A stretch of DNA of 64,000 nucleotides from Clostridia bacterium (GCA_035409945.1 DAONQC010000001.1:87361-151360), one strand, 5' to 3'. Positions 38,520 through 49,074 are shown, counted from the stretch's first letter. Notes: generated from the sequence alone by a model not told the origin. Program-made: numbers and translations.

Positions 38520-40613
38520 CTATTTGACAATGTCAATTAGTTTTAAGTTTAACCAGCCCTTCCTTTCATCTATTTTTATAAGTTTTACTTTGACAATATC
38601 CCCTTCTTTTAAAACATCACTAACTTTTTCCACTCTTTTATCCGATAATTTACTAATGTGAATCATGCCGTCTCTGCCTGGGAACAAATTAACCCAAGCA
38701 CCTAAATCATCAGTTATTTTGACTACTGGGCCTTCGTAAATGTCTCCTACTTCTGGATCTTTAGATATGCGTAATATAATGTTTTTAGCTTCGTTAGCCA
38801 TCTTTGTGTCTGATGAGGCTATAAACACTTGTCCTTCATCGCTTATGTCAATCTTAACACCTGTATCCTCAATTATTTTATTTATAACTTTACCGCCAGA
38901 TCCAATAACATCTTTAATCTTGTCTGGATTAATGTCAAATTTAATAATTTTAGGAGCATATTTATTTAGCTCTTTTCTAGGTTGTTTGATGGTCTCTAGC
39001 ATAATCGACAAAATGTGTAGCCTTCCAACTCTAGCTTGCTCTAATGCTTTAGTTAGTATCTCTTCATTAATTCCAGAGATCTTTATGTCCATTTGAATTG
39101 CAGTAATACCATGCTCTGTACCCGCTACTTTGAAGTCCATATCTCCAAAAAAGTCTTCAATTCCTTGAATGTCAGATAGAATGTGAATTTTATTTCTCAT
39201 ATCGTCTTTAATAAGACCCATAGCTATTCCAGCAACAGGGGATTTTATTGGAACTCCAGCATCCATTAATGACAAAGTGCTTCCACACACGCTTGCTTGT
39301 GAAGTTGAACCGTTACTTGATAGGATTTCAGATACTGTACGTATCGCGTACGGAAAAACATCTTCAGAAGGCAATACTGGTTCTAGCGCTCTTTCTGCTA
39401 ACGCACCGTGGCCTATTTCTCTGCGTCCTGGGCTACGCATCGGTTTTGCCTCACCAGTACTATATGGTGGGAAATTGTAGTGATGCATGTATCTCTTAAA
39501 TACATCGTCATCTAAACCTTCAAGTTTTTGGGCATCACTAATTGTACCTAACGTAGTAATTGTCAATGCTTGAGTTTGTCCTCTAGTAAACACGGCACTT
39601 CCATGAGCTCTAGGCAGCAAGTCAACTTCACACCAAATAGGTCTAATCTCTGTGAGCTTTCTGCCATCGGGTCTTACATTTTTTGTGGAAATCATATCAC
39701 GTACAGCTTCTTTTTTCATGCTATACAAAACATCCAATATTTCACTTTTTGAATTTGGATGCTTTTCATCAAAATAGGAGATAATATCAACGGTTACTTC
39801 GCTTTCTCTCTTTTCTCTTTCAGTTCTATCGAATGTATCAAAGACAAAATCAATTTTATCTTTTGCATATTCTTTTACTTCTTTTTCCAATTCCTCGCTG
39901 GGTACTTTAGCAGTATATGCCCTTTTGGGTTTTCCTACTTCTTTTACAATACTTTCAATCCATTCTACAATTTTTTTAATTTCCCTATGTCCGAACATGA
40001 TTGCATCTAACATTTCCTTCTCGGTAACTTCATTAGCACCAGCTTCAACCATCATAATAGCGTCTTTAGTTCCGCTAAGTGTTAAATGTAATAACGATTT
40101 TTCTCGTTGTTCGATATTCGGGTTGATAATATATTCGCCATCTACATATCCTACAACAACAGAACCTGTGGGGCCATTGAATGGGATATCTGATACCGAT
40201 AACGCAACTGAACTCCCAATCATAGCCAATGCTTCTGGCGGGATATTGGGGTCAACCGATAAAGCTGTTGCTACTACAGCGACATCATTATAAAATCCCT
40301 TAGGAAATAGTGGACGTATAGGCCTATCAATTAGCCGCGATGTTAAAATTGCTTTATCGCTTGGTCTTCCTTCTCTCCTTTTAAATCCACCTGGGATTTT
40401 ACCAACTGAATACATTTTTTCCTCAAAATCAACTCCTAATGGAAAGTAATCTAATCCATCTCTAACTGAATCGGACATTGTTACATTTACCATTACAATA
40501 GTTTCTCCACATTTTATGAAGCATTCACCATTGCTATGAGAGCAATATCCGCCTATTTCTGCGCTAACCTCTTGCCCTCCAATTATTGTCTTAAAAATTT
40601 TACTTTCTTTCAT
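38520..40613 (-). CDS. pnp: Polyribonucleotide nucleotidyltransferase (PNPase)
   Basis: 697 aa with two RNase PH domains (FKRREGRPS, REIGHGALAERAL), a KH domain (VIGSGGKVINKI) and an S1 domain (GAWVNLFPGRDGMIHISKL). Confidence 0.96.
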   Translation of the reverse strand: MKESKIFKTIIGGQEVSAEIGGYCSHSNGECFIKCGETIVMVNVTMSDSVRDGLDYFPLGVDFEEKMYSVGKIPGGFKRREGRPSDKAILTSRLIDRPIRPLFPKGFYNDVAVVATALSVDPNIPPEALAMIGSSVALSVSDIPFNGPTGSVVVGYVDGEYIINPNIEQREKSLLHLTLSGTKDAIMMVEAGANEVTEKEMLDAIMFGHREIKKIVEWIESIVKEVGKPKRAYTAKVPSEELEKEVKEYAKDKIDFVFDTFDRTEREKRESEVTVDIISYFDEKHPNSKSEILDVLYSMKKEAVRDMISTKNVRPDGRKLTEIRPIWCEVDLLPRAHGSAVFTRGQTQALTITTLGTISDAQKLEGLDDDVFKRYMHHYNFPPYSTGEAKPMRSPGRREIGHGALAERALEPVLPSEDVFPYAIRTVSEILSSNGSTSQASVCGSTLSLMDAGVPIKSPVAGIAMGLIKDDMRNKIHILSDIQGIEDFFGDMDFKVAGTEHGITAIQMDIKISGINEEILTKALEQARVGRLHILSIMLETIKQPRKELNKYAPKIIKFDINPDKIKDVIGSGGKVINKIIEDTGVKIDISDEGQVFIASSDTKMANEAKNIILRISKDPEVGDIYEGPVVKITDDLGAWVNLFPGRDGMIHISKLSDKRVEKVSDVLKEGDIVKVKLIKIDERKGWLNLKLIDIVK

Positions 40614-40640
40614 CTAAATTATTTCCTCCATTTTGCATAG

Positions 40641-40666
40641 AAAAAGAGGGCTAATAACCACCCTCT
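40641..40666 (-). terminator. Hairpin/attenuator between rpsO and pnp
   Basis: The minus strand reads AGAGGG-tggttattag-CCCTCT followed by TTTTTC, in the classical rpsO-pnp intergenic position. Confidence 0.6.
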
Positions 40667-40679
40667 CATCTATGTTCTC

Positions 40680-40943
40680 TTATTTTCTTAAACCTAGTGC
40701 ACTAATTATCTCTCTATATCTTTCGACATCTTTTTTCTTGAGATAATCCAGTAAACTTCTTCTTTGACCTACCATCTTTAATAAGCCTCTACGGCTATGA
40801 TGGTCTTTTTTATGTACATTTAAATGTGCAGTTAATTCTACAATTCTTTCTGTTAATAAAGCGATTTGAACTTCTGGGGAACCAGTATCGCCTTCTTTCT
40901 TTCCAAATGTTTTGATAATTTCTTGTTTTCTTTCTTTCGTCAT
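40680..40943 (-). CDS. rpsO: 30S ribosomal protein S15
   Basis: 87 aa with [42 protein letters not shown]. Confidence 0.96.
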   Translation of the reverse strand: MTKERKQEIIKTFGKKEGDTGSPEVQIALLTERIVELTAHLNVHKKDHHSRRGLLKMVGQRRSLLDYLKKKDVERYREIISALGLRK

Positions 40944-41100
40944 TTTTTAACTCCTTTTCATATGAGATGATTCACCGTACTCCTAGCATAAACATATAGA
41001 ATAAGCCAAGATATAGGCACATTTTGTATGTTAGCATAAAAGTAGTAATATTTGCAAAGGTTTTGTTCGGTTTTCCACCAAATAAACGAATAAAAAATGT

Positions 41101-42516
41101 TTAGTGTTTAGCTAAATTTATTATGTCGGTCATATAAAGTTCTATGTTTTTTTTGTTTCTTACTCTTTCTATTCTGTTTTCTTTATTGAATACAAATTTT
41201 GTCATAGCTCCTGCGCCAAGGCCTAACACAGTATTGGTTTCTTCCATATAATTGATATTATATCTGCACTGTTTACCAGGTTTACAGTATCCTACATTTT
41301 CTAAATTATCAAAAGTGTTTTTTTGTCTATATAAGTAGTATGGAATATATCCATTTTCAACCAGGGTAGACTGTGAATAATCCACCATTTTTGTTACAAC
41401 TCCAGACACATCTTTCTTATTTGCTTCTTCCATAAAAATTGAACCTCTTTTTATAGATAGTGAATGAACTGTTATGTTATCAGGCGAAAGTGCAATCGTT
41501 TTATTCAAACTAGAGATAAAATCCTTTTCATGTTCATCAGGTAGCCCTGCTATTAAATCCATATTAATGCAAAAACTGAATAATCTTGATAACTCATAAG
41601 CTTCGTATATAGAATCAACATTATGATTACGTCCAATTTTAATAAGCGTGTCTTCATTAAACGTTTGCGGATTGATCGATATGCGAGAAACTTTATTGTT
41701 AGCCATAATATTTAAGTTTTTTAAACTTATACTGTCTGGTCTACCAGCTTCAACAGTAAACTCGATATTATTTGCAAACTCTGATAAATGTTTTAACAAC
41801 TTGTCTAACAGACAATCTGGAATACAGGTAGGAGTACCACCTCCTACATATATGCTTCCAATTTCATAGTTTTCTAGTATATTCCTCTTTAATTCGATTT
41901 CCATCAAAATACAATTGATGTAGTCTTCTAGGATGTCATTTGATTTGGCTAAAACTGCTGTAGGAAATGAACAATATTTGCATTTGGTTTTACATATTGG
42001 TATATTAATAAATAGATCAATTTTAGTATCGCTCGGACAATAAAACCCAATTTGGTTCGTGTGAACGTCGTTAATTAATTTTGCTTTAGATTCTGTCACG
42101 AAAAAATTAATCTTAAAATAATTTTCAACATCTTCTTTTCGGATTTCGCCTCTATAAATAATACTTGTTGGTCGTACTCCTGTTAGACTTCCATAAGCTA
42201 GTTTTACGCCTAATTTACTCACAAAATGTTTGTACAGATAATTTTTAATAATTCGTTTAGTTTGGCTCTTTACAGTTAAGGAGTCTGTGTCTTCAATTTT
42301 TAATGGAACTTCTAGTTTATAAGTTAAGTTATCTATTATGAGCTCAAAAATGTGATTATTAACTGGTTCATTGTAATAAAACTTTAGTATAATTTCAGCA
42401 CCATCATCCGAGATTTGTATATGAGGCTGGAATGCTCGGATAATTTCTGGGACGTCATTCAGGAAATCTGGTAACAAGTTAATAATTTTATAAACATTAG
42501 AATTTACATTTGTCAT
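41101..42516 (-). CDS. HemN/HemZ-family radical SAM protein (coproporphyrinogen dehydrogenase-like, with N-terminal extension)
   Basis: 471 aa with the CKTKCKYCSF cluster motif, YVGGGTPT, and a long N-terminal domain as in HemZ-type proteins. Confidence 0.7.
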   Translation of the reverse strand: MTNVNSNVYKIINLLPDFLNDVPEIIRAFQPHIQISDDGAEIILKFYYNEPVNNHIFELIIDNLTYKLEVPLKIEDTDSLTVKSQTKRIIKNYLYKHFVSKLGVKLAYGSLTGVRPTSIIYRGEIRKEDVENYFKINFFVTESKAKLINDVHTNQIGFYCPSDTKIDLFINIPICKTKCKYCSFPTAVLAKSNDILEDYINCILMEIELKRNILENYEIGSIYVGGGTPTCIPDCLLDKLLKHLSEFANNIEFTVEAGRPDSISLKNLNIMANNKVSRISINPQTFNEDTLIKIGRNHNVDSIYEAYELSRLFSFCINMDLIAGLPDEHEKDFISSLNKTIALSPDNITVHSLSIKRGSIFMEEANKKDVSGVVTKMVDYSQSTLVENGYIPYYLYRQKNTFDNLENVGYCKPGKQCRYNINYMEETNTVLGLGAGAMTKFVFNKENRIERVRNKKNIELYMTDIINLAKH

Positions 42517-42575
42517 ATGCTTAAATTTATGTAGCTATAGCTACGAAATAAATAATAGAATGTAAGCTTTATCAA

Positions 42576-43205
42576 TTAAAAATACATTAATATAGGGTTA
42601 TGTGTCCTTTCATAATTTAAGGAGCTAAAATCTTCATGTCCAGGAAATACATTATAATCTTGTTCTGAAAATGTAAATAGCTTCTTTAAAGAACATTTCA
42701 TTTGATTAAAGTCACCATCAGGAAAATCAGTTCTACCAAAACTATTGAAAAACAATGTATCTCCAGAAAAAACATTATTACCTACTACGAAACAGCAACT
42801 ACCCTTTGTGTGCCCAGGTGTATGTAATACATCAATTGGGATTCCTTCAAAAACATAGTTTTTTTCGCTAAGTTCTTCATCTATGGTTATCGGTGGTAAG
42901 TTCAATGATTTTAACATTAGAATAGTCCTATCACTATTCAAATTAAATAACTCTTGCTTGTGAGCGAAAACCCTAATCCCCAGCCTCTGCCATTTAGGAA
43001 CATCAATTACATGGTCAAAATGGCCGTGAGTCAACATAACTGCTTTTAATTCTATATTGTTCTCAATTATGTATTGCCGTGCAGATGCAAAACAACCGGT
43101 AGGATCTATAATTACACCCTCTTTTTTATCTATACTTCTGTCGTTAAAAATAAGGTATGTATTATTAGAAAGTATACCAGATACAAACGTTTTAATTTTA
43201 ATCAA
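42576..43205 (-). CDS. MBL-fold metallo-hydrolase (glyoxalase II-like)
   Basis: 209 aa with the LTHGHFDH zinc motif, HTPGHTKG and a C-terminal GH. Confidence 0.8.
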   Translation of the reverse strand: MIKIKTFVSGILSNNTYLIFNDRSIDKKEGVIIDPTGCFASARQYIIENNIELKAVMLTHGHFDHVIDVPKWQRLGIRVFAHKQELFNLNSDRTILMLKSLNLPPITIDEELSEKNYVFEGIPIDVLHTPGHTKGSCCFVVGNNVFSGDTLFFNSFGRTDFPDGDFNQMKCSLKKLFTFSEQDYNVFPGHEDFSSLNYERTHNPILMYF

Positions 43206-43227
43206 TATGTTTCTCCATAATAATATG

Positions 43228-44442
43228 TTAGATTGATAGCTTCAACTCTAATGATGCAGCAACTTTTTCTAAGAAACTCATCGTATCTAGTGGTTTAGGA
43301 TTAATTCCTTCCTTAAAAAACAACCCTACCAAATCTTTAGTCATATAGCCACTTTCAATCGTTTCTTTTGTTACTTCTTCTAGTAAATTGGCAAATTTAA
43401 TTAATTTATCTAAGTTATCTAGCTCGCCTCTTTTACGTAAAGCGCCAGTCCAAGCAAAAATAGTAGCCACTGAATTTGTGGATGTTGTTTCGCCCTTCAA
43501 GTGTTTATAGTAATGTCTTGTTACAGTGCCATGGGCCGCTTCATACTCATAGTGTCCCTCGGGAGAAACTAACACCGATGTCATCATAGCTAGTGACCCA
43601 AATGCCGTAGCAATCATATCACTCATAACATCGCCATCGTAATTTTTACATGCCCATATAAAGCCTCCAGAACTACGCATGACTCTAGCAACCGCATCAT
43701 CTATCAATGTATAAAAATATTGAATATTTTTTTCTTTGAACTTTTCTCTATATTCTGTTTCAAAAATTTCTGAAAATATATCTTTAAATCTATGGTCGTA
43801 AATTTTACTAATTGTGTCTTTTGCACTAAACCAAATATCTAAACACTTATCTAACGCAAAATTAAAACAACTCCTCGCAAAACTTTCTATACTCTTATCT
43901 GTATTATGAATACCTTGTACAATACCTGCACCATCAAAGTTTTTAATCTCTAAAGAATTCCCCTCAGGTCCGACCATTTTTACGCTTCCGCCATTATCAC
44001 CAACCATGAACTCAACACCAGCATATATATCTCCGTAGGCATGCCTGGCAATGATTATGGGGTTAGTCCAAGTGGGTACAATTGGCTTTATCCCATCAAC
44101 AATTATTGGTTCTCTAAAAACCGTACCATCAAGTATTGACCGAATGGTTCCATTCGGCGATTTCCACATTTTGCTTAATGAATATTCTTTTACTCTATCG
44201 GCATTAGGAGTAATTGTTGCGCATTTAACCCCAACCCCATACTTTTTAATTGCACTTGCGGCATCAATAGTAACTTGGTCTTTAGTTGCTTCCCTATACT
44301 CTAAACCTAAATCGAAATATTCAGTTTTTAAATTAATATATGGGCAAAGTAGTATATCTTTAATTGCCTTCCATATAATCCTAGTCATTTCATCACCATT
44401 GATTTCAACAATTGGTGTCTTCATGGTAATCTTGCTTGTCAT
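43228..44442 (-). CDS. icd: NADP-dependent isocitrate dehydrogenase (subfamily II, eukaryote-like ~400-aa type)
   Basis: 404 aa with VEINGDEMTRIIW, KCATITP, SPNGTIR, IIARHAYGD and CKNYDGDVMSD. Confidence 0.92.
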   Translation of the reverse strand: MTSKITMKTPIVEINGDEMTRIIWKAIKDILLCPYINLKTEYFDLGLEYREATKDQVTIDAASAIKKYGVGVKCATITPNADRVKEYSLSKMWKSPNGTIRSILDGTVFREPIIVDGIKPIVPTWTNPIIIARHAYGDIYAGVEFMVGDNGGSVKMVGPEGNSLEIKNFDGAGIVQGIHNTDKSIESFARSCFNFALDKCLDIWFSAKDTISKIYDHRFKDIFSEIFETEYREKFKEKNIQYFYTLIDDAVARVMRSSGGFIWACKNYDGDVMSDMIATAFGSLAMMTSVLVSPEGHYEYEAAHGTVTRHYYKHLKGETTSTNSVATIFAWTGALRKRGELDNLDKLIKFANLLEEVTKETIESGYMTKDLVGLFFKEGINPKPLDTMSFLEKVAASLELKLSI

Positions 44443-44444
44443 AA

Positions 44445-44951
44445 TTAATACTCAATCTCCTTTATTTTAGTGTTTATATATTTAGTAAATACGAAATTAT
44501 ACCCGTTATCTACTTGATTATCACTTGCTTCTTTATGAATCCAATTTAGTTTTTCATCAAGATTTGGAAAAAAAACAGTGGCATCATCACAGGTGGCATC
44601 TACCTTCGTAACATAAGCACTCTCACAATAATCAAGCATTGTACGGTAAAACATTGCTCCGCCTATGATAAAAATGTCATCTGTATTATATTTTTTTAAT
44701 TCATAAAATAATTCCTTTAATGTAGGAACTATAATACAGTCGTCCCTAGTAAAAACATCTGTAAGTACAATGTTTATCCTATTCGGCAATGGTTTCGACT
44801 TAGGTAGTGATAACAAAGTATTGCCCCCCATTACTACTATTTTATTTCTTGTTATATTTTTAAAATATCTCAAATCTGCAGGAATATGAAATAAAAGTCC
44901 ATTATTTTTTCCAATACCCCAGTTTTTATCTACACAAACTATTATATGCAT
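44445..44951 (-). CDS. folA: Dihydrofolate reductase
   Basis: 168 aa with IGKNN.L...P.DL..FK..T, VVMGGNT, LP.R.NIVLT and IIGGA..Y. Confidence 0.9.
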   Translation of the reverse strand: MHIIVCVDKNWGIGKNNGLLFHIPADLRYFKNITRNKIVVMGGNTLLSLPKSKPLPNRINIVLTDVFTRDDCIIVPTLKELFYELKKYNTDDIFIIGGAMFYRTMLDYCESAYVTKVDATCDDATVFFPNLDEKLNWIHKEASDNQVDNGYNFVFTKYINTKIKEIEY

Positions 44952-45781
44952 TATACAGCCACCTCGATTTTTTCTTTTAACTCGTTGTACTTATATCCTT
45001 CTAACCTAAAATCTTCTACTTTGAAACTATAAAAATCATCAATATTTTTATTCATAATAAACTTCGGTGCATCATATTGTTGGTTTTCAATTATTTTCTT
45101 AACAATAGGTATATGTCTATCATAAATATGAGCATCGGCAATTACATGAACTAACTCTCCAACCATTAATCCACTAACTTGAGCAAACATGTGAAGTAAG
45201 CACGCATATTGAACCACATTCCAATTATTTGCAGTTAGCATATCTTGACTTCGTTGATTTAAAATTGCATTTAATACATTCCCAGAAACATTAAATGTCA
45301 TAGAATATGCACACGGATAAAGGTTCATTTCATGGAGATCATTGTGAACGTATATGTTAGTCATTATTCTACGAGATTGCGGATTGTTTTTTAAGTCATA
45401 TAGAACTCTATCAACCTGATCAAAACAACCTTCCTTATACCTATGCTTTACTCCAAGTTGGTATCCATATGCTTTACCAATCGTTCCTTTGTCGTCAGCC
45501 CAAGAATCCCATATTTTTGATTTTAAATCAGCTACATTATTAGATTTTTTCTGCCATATCCAAAAAACTTCATCTAGTGCAGACTTGAACGCTGTCCTTC
45601 TGATAGTGAGAATTGGAAATTCTTTTTGAAGATCATACCTATTTACTATACAGAACTTTTTAACAGTGTGTGCTGGTGTTTCGTCAGACCATTTGGGTCT
45701 AACATTAAGTGAGGCATCACTATAGCCATTAGCTAAAATATCTTTAATATTGTTTATAAAAACTGTATCTGCATAACTCAT
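44951..45781 (-). CDS. thyA: Thymidylate synthase (ThyA type)
   Basis: 276 aa with DRTG-region analogs, the catalytic LYPCAYSMTFNV context, NQRSQDM and DAHIYDRH. Confidence 0.92.
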   Translation of the reverse strand: MSYADTVFINNIKDILANGYSDASLNVRPKWSDETPAHTVKKFCIVNRYDLQKEFPILTIRRTAFKSALDEVFWIWQKKSNNVADLKSKIWDSWADDKGTIGKAYGYQLGVKHRYKEGCFDQVDRVLYDLKNNPQSRRIMTNIYVHNDLHEMNLYPCAYSMTFNVSGNVLNAILNQRSQDMLTANNWNVVQYACLLHMFAQVSGLMVGELVHVIADAHIYDRHIPIVKKIIENQQYDAPKFIMNKNIDDFYSFKVEDFRLEGYKYNELKEKIEVAV

Positions 45782-46066
45782 AAAATTTTATTCCTTTAAA
45801 TTAACTATCTTTAATACTAAATGAACGGATATTATTTATTGAGTACTATTAACTCAATTGGGATAACCGTATTAGTAATTATATGTGGTGTTTTATACAG
45901 TGACTTAACATATGTTTAACTTAACCAGGTATATGATAACATAAACTAAATCAAAACAACACTAATCATCTTGGATTATTTAACTGAATACACTATGATG
46001 TAATGTGATTTACAAAAGTTGATATTTTGTGCTATATTTAAAAAAATAAACAATTAGAGGTCAATT

Positions 46067-46954
46067 ATGATTAAGTTATTTTTTGATACAGATAGCGAAT
46101 TAACTTTTGAACTAGCAAAAAAAGTTGGTATAGAAAACAATGTTATTAGATTCCCATATACCCTGGACGGAGAAATATATTACGCCGACCTAGGTCAAAC
46201 ATATGACCCAAGTTGGTTTTTTGGTAAAGTCAGAGCAGGCTCAATCCCTACTACTTCCGCACTTAACGGAGAAGAATTTAAGGAGTATTTTGAACCTGAG
46301 TTCAAAAATGGCAATGAAGTTTTATATGTTAGTTTTGGTACAAATTTTAGTGCCACATTTAGTATGATGGACCAAGCTATCAACGAACTTAAAATAAAGT
46401 ATCCAAATCTTAAATTTACACGGTATGATACTAAAGCTATTAGTTTAGGGACTGGAATTTTAGTACTGCAAGCAGCTAAATTATTAAACAAAGGAAAAAC
46501 TACACAACAAATTATAAAAAAACTAGATGAAATAGCTCCTTTTGTACATATGGAATTCGTGGTTGATGACCTGTTATTTTTAAAAAGAGGAGGAAGATTA
46601 ACTACTGGAAAAGCAATAATGGGAACAATTTTACAATTAAAACCTATTATCAAATTAACAGAAGCTGGAAAACTTGAACCTTTTCAATCGGTACAAGGGA
46701 AAGCTAAAGCAAGACAAATTATTGTAGATAACGCAATACAAAATGCTGATGGAAACGCCGATTCTCCGGTTTTTATACTTCATGGAGATTGTTTAGAAGA
46801 AGTTAGTAGATACACATCTCTCATAAAAAACAAACGCCCCGATTTAGATGTAGTTCAATTAGATATAGGTCCTGTCATCGGAACTCATTGTGGCCCTGGC
46901 ACAATTGGACTTTGTTATGTTGCAAAAAACAAAAAACCTCAAGGTAAGTACTAA
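46067..46954 (+). CDS. DegV-family fatty-acid-binding protein
   Basis: 295 aa with DTDSEL, TSALNGEEF, FSATF, FVVDDLLFLKRGGRL and HCGPGTIGL. SD is AGAGGT. Confidence 0.88.
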   Translation: MIKLFFDTDSELTFELAKKVGIENNVIRFPYTLDGEIYYADLGQTYDPSWFFGKVRAGSIPTTSALNGEEFKEYFEPEFKNGNEVLYVSFGTNFSATFSMMDQAINELKIKYPNLKFTRYDTKAISLGTGILVLQAAKLLNKGKTTQQIIKKLDEIAPFVHMEFVVDDLLFLKRGGRLTTGKAIMGTILQLKPIIKLTEAGKLEPFQSVQGKAKARQIIVDNAIQNADGNADSPVFILHGDCLEEVSRYTSLIKNKRPDLDVVQLDIGPVIGTHCGPGTIGLCYVAKNKKPQGKY

Positions 46955-46983
46955 AATTAATTTAATTTACCTTATATACTCAT

Positions 46984-47015
46984 CGCCATTGTTTCATAAC
47001 AATGGCGTTTGTGTT
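46984..47015 (+). terminator. Rho-independent terminator after degV
   Basis: CGCCATTGTT-tcat-AACAATGGCG followed by TTTGTGTT. Confidence 0.75.
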
Positions 47016-47058
47016 ATTATAAAGTGAATCTATGGTAAAACTTTATAGTGGAGACATT

Positions 47059-48081
47059 ATGCGTAAAAAATTCTTTAGCACTTTATTAATAATTGTTATC
47101 CTCTTTATTCAATTACTATCAAGTACTGGATGTAGTAAAACCACGCACATTTTCGCATTTGGAACAGAATGTAATATATATTCAGCCAATACAAGTGAAA
47201 TAAAAATCAAAGATGTGAAAAAATATATTGCGAACATTGATGCCCTTCTTTCACAAATAGAGACAGCTAGTGATTTATATAAAATTAATTCAGCCAAAGC
47301 ATTTGAAGTTGTTAGTGTTAACAAGATTACATTTGACTTACTATCTCTTACAAAAGAACTTTATGAATACAACCATAATTTTAATCCCGCGATATATCCC
47401 CTCGTTGAGCTATGGCATTTTGATCCTAAGACATATATTTCTGGAGTTTCTCCTGAAAAAATTCCAACCGACAGCGAAATTGAAACAACTTTACAATATT
47501 GTAATTTTGATTATTTTGAATTAAATCCAGAAGAACTAACTGTTTCAAAAACCATCTCTGAAGCTAAAATAGATCTTGGTGCAATCGCCAAAGGTTTTGT
47601 TTGCAATGAAATATTTGAACAATTGAAATCCGATAAAACTGCAGTTGTTGACATAGGTGGCACTCTTAAAACGAACAAAGACATTGAAGTCAATATTTTG
47701 AATCCCATAAAAGATAGTGACGAACCATTTGCAGCTAAATTAAAGTTATCCGCTGGACTTGCCACTGCTACAAGCGGTGATTACCATCGCTTTTATTATG
47801 TAAATGGTACAAAATACCACCATGTAATCAATCAAGATGGTTATCCTGCTTGGCATAATGATATTGATCCGATAATATCTGTTACGATAATAGGAGAAAG
47901 TGCAACTATTTGTGATTATTTGTCGACATTAATATTTATACTAGGTGACTCGGAAGAAGCAAAATTATTACTGAATAATTTTGGCTACTCAGCTATTATA
48001 TTTAGAAAAAACACTTGTTCTTTAATAGGAGATATCAACAACTTTATGATTATTGATAATAGATATACATTAACAAACTAG
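47059..48081 (+). CDS. apbE: FAD:protein FMN transferase (ApbE), lipoprotein
   Basis: The lipobox is LSSTGC. ApbE motifs are present: PLVELW, DLGAIAKGF, NIGG, ATSGDY and HHVINQDG. I set the start at the ATG at 47059, which follows the SD GGAGA. The track ORF starts 27 nt earlier. Confidence 0.88.
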   Translation: MRKKFFSTLLIIVILFIQLLSSTGCSKTTHIFAFGTECNIYSANTSEIKIKDVKKYIANIDALLSQIETASDLYKINSAKAFEVVSVNKITFDLLSLTKELYEYNHNFNPAIYPLVELWHFDPKTYISGVSPEKIPTDSEIETTLQYCNFDYFELNPEELTVSKTISEAKIDLGAIAKGFVCNEIFEQLKSDKTAVVDIGGTLKTNKDIEVNILNPIKDSDEPFAAKLKLSAGLATATSGDYHRFYYVNGTKYHHVINQDGYPAWHNDIDPIISVTIIGESATICDYLSTLIFILGDSEEAKLLLNNFGYSAIIFRKNTCSLIGDINNFMIIDNRYTLTN

Positions 48082-48110
48082 TTCCTAATATGTTCTAAGC
48101 ACCATGACTA

Positions 48111-48539
48111 TTGCAAAAACCGCAAATTAATTTTATGAATACTACCAGCAAGAATATAAAGTACAAAAAACATTATTTAACAGCCCGCCCTTTCGGCCTG
48201 TTTGATATATTGTTAATCTTAATTTTACTTACGATTAGTATTATACTTGTTATTGTTTTTATTCCTTCAGTACAAGGTGAGTTTGTAGAGGTTTACCATA
48301 ACGGTAAAATGATAGAAAAAATTGATTTAAGTTTAAATAAAAATTATACATATGATATTGATGGGGAGATAATCGTAGAAATCAAAGATAAAACAGCTCG
48401 TGTCGTTTCTAACAACTGCCACTCGCAAATTTGCGTACAAACACCCCCTATAAGTAAGGTTGGGGAAAAAATTATATGTGCACCAAAAAAATTTGTAATA
48501 GTTGTTGCAAACAATCAAGAGATGTATATAACTGGGTAA
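48111..48539 (+). CDS. NusG domain II-containing small membrane-anchored protein
   Basis: 142 aa with an N-terminal TM followed by EFVEVYHNGKMIEKIDL...IVEIKDKTARVVSNNCHSQICVQTPPISKVGEKIICAPKKFVIVV, typical of the NusG_II family found next to Gx transporters. The start is uncertain: TTG at 48111 or ATG at 48135. Confidence 0.7.
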   Translation: MQKPQINFMNTTSKNIKYKKHYLTARPFGLFDILLILILLTISIILVIVFIPSVQGEFVEVYHNGKMIEKIDLSLNKNYTYDIDGEIIVEIKDKTARVVSNNCHSQICVQTPPISKVGEKIICAPKKFVIVVANNQEMYITG

Positions 48540-48543
48540 AATA

Positions 48544-49074
48544 ATGAATAGAAATCATATAATTCTAAAAATTGCATATACTGCACTTTTGCTATCATTG
48601 ACAATTATTATTGGTCTATTAGAAATGCTTATTCCACCAATAATACCTCTCTTGCCGTTTATTAAAATTGGTTTCAGTAATATCGTCATCATATTTACAA
48701 TAATAATCCTCGATGAATTATCGTCAATTATTACAGTTATTTTAAAATCACTTATTATCCCACTACTTTTTGGAAACCCTATAATGATTTTATACTCATT
48801 ACCTGCAAGTATATTATCACTATTTTTAATGCTACTGATGTTTAGGTTAAAAATATTAGGCATACCGCTTATAAGTGCACTGGCTGCAAGTGTTCATAAC
48901 ACAATACAAGTTGTTGTAGCTTTTTTAATCATGGGAACAACGGTTGTGTTTTCATATCTACCATATGTTTCACTAGCAGGACTAATTTCTGGCATGATAA
49001 CGGGAATAATTAGCTATTTCCTTATAACCCATACCCCTAATAGAATAAAAAAAATACAAGACTATTTTCTTTAA
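48544..49074 (+). CDS. Gx transporter family protein (heptaprenyl diphosphate synthase component I-like, PF07456-type)
   Basis: 176-aa protein with 5 TMs and the FIKIGFSNIVIIF motif. It begins 4 nt after the upstream stop. Confidence 0.7.
   Translation: MNRNHIILKIAYTALLLSLTIIIGLLEMLIPPIIPLLPFIKIGFSNIVIIFTIIILDELSSIITVILKSLIIPLLFGNPIMILYSLPASILSLFLMLLMFRLKILGIPLISALAASVHNTIQVVVAFLIMGTTVVFSYLPYVSLAGLISGMITGIISYFLITHTPNRIKKIQDYFL

Noticed and set aside
40944-41100. The long 5' region upstream of rpsO, considered as an S15 autoregulatory leader.
   Set aside because: This is plausible from established biology, but I cannot fold or match a specific leader motif by eye, so it is not reported as a feature.
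45821-45919. A 32-aa hydrophobic small ORF (MNGYYLLSTINSIGITVLVIICGVLYSDLTYV) in the thyA/degV divergent intergenic region, reminiscent of type I toxin peptides.
   Set aside because: There is no Shine-Dalgarno, no evident promoter or terminator and no antisense-RNA signature. ORFs of this size arise by chance in AT-rich spacers. It is worth only a Ribo-seq glance.
46195-46653. A 152-aa minus-strand ORF inside degV, plus minus-strand ORFs at 47109-47324, 47511-47765, 48333-48518 and 48555-48863.
   Set aside because: They are antisense shadows of the well-supported plus-strand degV, apbE, NusG-II and Gx genes.
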